64,000 nucleotides of DNA from the human T2T-CHM13v2.0 reference genome, Homo sapiens: assembly GCF_009914755.1 (NCBI RefSeq), contig NC_060932.1; one strand, written 5' to 3'. The translations under genes and the position numbers were made by a program. The notes below the pieces were generated by a model. That model searched no databases. It saw nothing but the letters and a program-made list of their open reading frames with translations, and was not told the DNA's origin. Below are positions 63,580 to 64,000 of the stretch, in pieces. Each line of letters opens with the position of its first letter. Position 1 is the stretch's first letter.

Positions 63580-64000
63580 ATGTCAACATGACTGGTCTAG
63601 GGGATGCCCAGACAGCTGGTAAACATGCTTTCTGGATGTGTCCATGAGGGTGTTTCCAGGAGAGATTTGTATCTGAATTGGTGGACTGAGTAGTGTGGAT
63701 CTGCCTTCATCAGCGTGGATGAGAGTCATCCAACTAAGGGCCCAGATAGAACAAAAAGGCAGAAGAGTGAATTTCCTCGCTCTCTCCTTGAACTGGACAG
63801 TTGTCTTATCCTGCACTCAGACACTGGTGCTCCCAGTTCTTGAGCCTTAAGCCTTAGACTGAGAGTTACATTGCTGGCTCCTCTAGTTCTCAAGCCTTCA
63901 GACTTAGACTGAATTATACCACTGGTCCTTAAGGTTATTCCTCTTGCAGTTGGAAGATCATGGGACTTGACCTCCATAATTTTGTGAGCCAATTCCAATA
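63580..64000 (+). mobile_element. ERVL LTR (MLT2-like), runs off the window end
   Basis: TGTCAACATGACTGG..AGGGGATGCCCAGACAGCTGGTAAACA; ATAGAACAAAAAGGCAGA; TGTGAGCCAATTCC. Confidence 0.88.

Overview
This is catarrhine primate (human-like) non-coding genomic DNA. I see no host protein-coding exon, RNA gene or CpG island, and I cannot name the locus or species. The window holds about 27 Alu/FLAM copies, many with visible target-site duplications (TSDs). It has a full-length but inactivated L1PA6-like LINE-1 on the minus strand (30376-36554), head-to-head with an older, 3'-broken L1M on the plus strand (~36650-42000). It also has several older L1M, L2 and MIR fragments, solo LTRs (MaLR MLT1/MST, ERV1 MER66-like, ERVL MLT2), two MER5-type DNA transposon remnants and several microsatellites. 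I found no evidence of a new multi-gene system. The best observations are: (1) the L1PA carries a ~47 bp 3' transduction inside a perfect 15 bp TSD; (2) its antisense ORF0 is still open and extended to 104 aa although ORF1 and ORF2 are dead; (3) the old L1 ends at a near-perfect 181 bp copy of its own sequence from 2 kb upstream, a likely templated-insertion repair scar; (4) a ~470 bp quasi-palindromic AT-rich array bracketed by a direct repeat; (5) candidate regulatory elements, including a two-way CTCF motif inside a MIR. Repeat subfamily names come from remembered consensus features and need RepeatMasker/Dfam confirmation. Boundaries of ancient repeats are approximate.
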